DNA of 64,000 nucleotides, from assembly GCA_051362555.1 (NCBI GenBank), contig CM120640.1, forward strand, positions 32,259,967 to 32,323,966, written 5' to 3'. The position numbers and the translations under genes were made by a program. Source of the stretch: Lingula anatina. Its lineage: Eukaryota; Animalia; Brachiopoda. Below, in pieces: positions 62,001-64,000 of the stretch. Below the pieces are notes generated by a model. The model was not told the DNA's origin. It worked only from the letters and a program-made list of their open reading frames with translations, and searched no databases. Position 1 is the first letter of the stretch; each line of letters opens with the position of its first letter.

Positions 62001-63475
62001 TGCATAAAAGGGGTCTGCTGGAACGTATACGTAGACACCTCTTTTGCACCATCGGTATTAAGTCAACTGTTTATCGACCAATATTTACCTTATTAACATT
62101 CGGTACAATCTTCCTTTGCGGTCATTAACCTTAACGAAGCTTTGGCCAATTTATTTGCAGTAAGATACATATCTCTAACAGTGGTCGTGTGGTCAGTGAA
62201 TCGCCTAAAAGGCGAGTGAAAATTGGATTACTATATTGCTGGCGGCGTGCAGAATACATCGTCCTTTCTTTATAGATGTGTTAAAAAGTACCATATCTCA
62301 GCCAATTTCAAGGGTTGAATGTCCTGTGCATACTGTGCACTGTAACATGAGATATCCATTGCTGATCGCTGGCAGAGACCCGCCCTTCTTGGTCACCAGC
62401 CGGGGCCCTATATGTAGGCATGCTCGTTCCCATGGTTGCAGTTCATAGTAGGTTATGTCGGAAATCGAGTTTTATTTAAATGCCATTACGCGCTTGACGT
62501 TCAATTCAATCTGATATTAAGGAAGCCAACCTGGCATCAATACCAATGACGACGCCTTTTTTTTTTTTATCTGATCATTTCCTTTTCCCCTGGTTTGCCG
62601 GATTTGCGTTCTCGTAGGACAAGGCAAGTAAAGCCAATCAGAGTGAGCTCAGATTTCGTGCATCATTGCATTCGTATGACGCAAGAAACAATATGAAACA
62701 AGACTATGGGAAATGCATTGTGTATATAATTAGATGATCCGTCACGTAGGCTTTTATTCACCCCGTTTCTGTTTTTATCTTTTCTGCCTTTTACCCACAG
62801 CTTCCATGCCAACGCATTTTTAGCATTATGGAATTGGTAAATTCTTGTCAAACGTGGTAATATGTATTCTCTCTCTCTATTATTTCTTGCAAAGATATGG
62901 TAGGTGTATAACTGTATTCATTATACAAGACAATAAACACTTTTTTCCATACCCAGAAAAGAGCTTCTTTTATTATGTTATCCTTCATTTCACCCTATTT
63001 CACATTACTTTATTATTCACCTTAAATATTTGGGAATAAGTAAACATTCTCATTTTGCTGTTGGTAATTCTTCTACCAGTATATATCAAAAGACGATGCA
63101 ATATTAATGATAGCAGGCGACACAAGCTGTTGTATGCGAACTATAGAATAGGTAGTTAATTGGATCAAAATTACGAAGATCTGATCTTGGCGATACTGGT
63201 ACTTAGCGAAATGTGTCTGATAACGACCAACAGTAGGACAGATTTAGATGCCATAAATGTACGCAAACTCTCGAAAGCATTCAAGGATTGATCTAAAGGC
63301 GTTTTATTTTAGAAGACCAAATACCAAAAATAGAATGCTATTGAAAAGATGCAATCTATGTAGGCCCAATTTACACTGCTATTTCTGCTTTGAATAGTGG
63401 GTCATTTTTCAATATTATACTTATCAGACCGACTTATCATGCGATTTCGAAGGTTTCAGCATTCATTTGAGTTGC

Positions 63476-63566
63476 TGTGTGTGTGTGTGTGTGTGTGTGT
63501 GCGTGCGTACGTGCGTGCCTGTTTACATGTTTGTGTGCGTGTGTGTTAGTTGTCTGTGCGTGTGTG
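63476..63566. repeat. (TG)n microsatellite with degenerate extension
   Basis: TG run followed by TGCG/TG-rich sequence. Confidence 0.88.
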
Positions 63567-64000
63567 TAATGCAGATGCCCCCCTGCGATTCAGCAAAAGG
63601 AGCCGATTACGCAAACATTCCCTGATGGTGCATGCACAAATCCAAGTCAAATTATTCATCACATTTCATTCGAGGTCCCCCCTTAATTCTCCAAAACCAT
63701 TCCAAATAGATGCTACACATTTTATTATTTTCTGAAGTTAACTTTTTGAAAAGAAGATATCGTTTTTGTCACTTTTACCATCTAGCAACAATGTCTTGTT
63801 TTATGGCACAGAAAGCCCGGATATGACACAGTAAATAGGTCGAAATCATCTACATGTACCTTCTTTGACCATTAGTTTCTTTCAAATGGCATTAATTTCA
63901 AAGAAACACATCTGCTGGCATATACTGCGTATACAGGAACAAGAATGTTTGCTAAGAAACTAGCCTTGGTAAAGTGGAAAGCCTTGGTAAAAAGCTGTTA

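Noticed and set aside
39400-64000. About 40 short ORFs in the supplied track
   Set aside because: None resembles a protein family I recognise; many derive from microsatellites or MITEs, and their lengths are as expected by chance in AT-rich DNA

Overview
AT-rich eukaryotic (invertebrate animal-like) genomic DNA with spliceosomal GT-AG introns; it is not prokaryotic and has no CRISPR array. Three complete intron-containing genes were assembled by hand with consistent splice phases: ARMH3/C10orf76 (minus, 25 coding exons, 8840-25642, 693 aa), LRP2BP (plus, 7 coding exons, 27351-30095, 345 aa; head-to-head with ARMH3) and C1QBP/p32 (minus, 6 exons, 36191-39173, 276 aa). The most notable result is two intronic box C/D snoRNAs in C1QBP (introns 1 and 5). 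Their D-box guide matches SNORD61/U61 (18S rRNA Um1442-equivalent), and a TTAA-flanked MITE lies between the intact copy and its 3' splice site. A ~4 kb composite Helentron-derived (HINE-like) element carrying a ~160-bp tandem array sits between the converging 3' ends of LRP2BP and C1QBP. A CpG-rich promoter with candidate first exons of an unidentified minus-strand gene is at ~5.8-6.8 kb. The right 25 kb has no recognisable coding exons, only MITEs, microsatellites and a tRNA-like relic. Gene and snoRNA identities rest on recalled human sequences, not on database searches.
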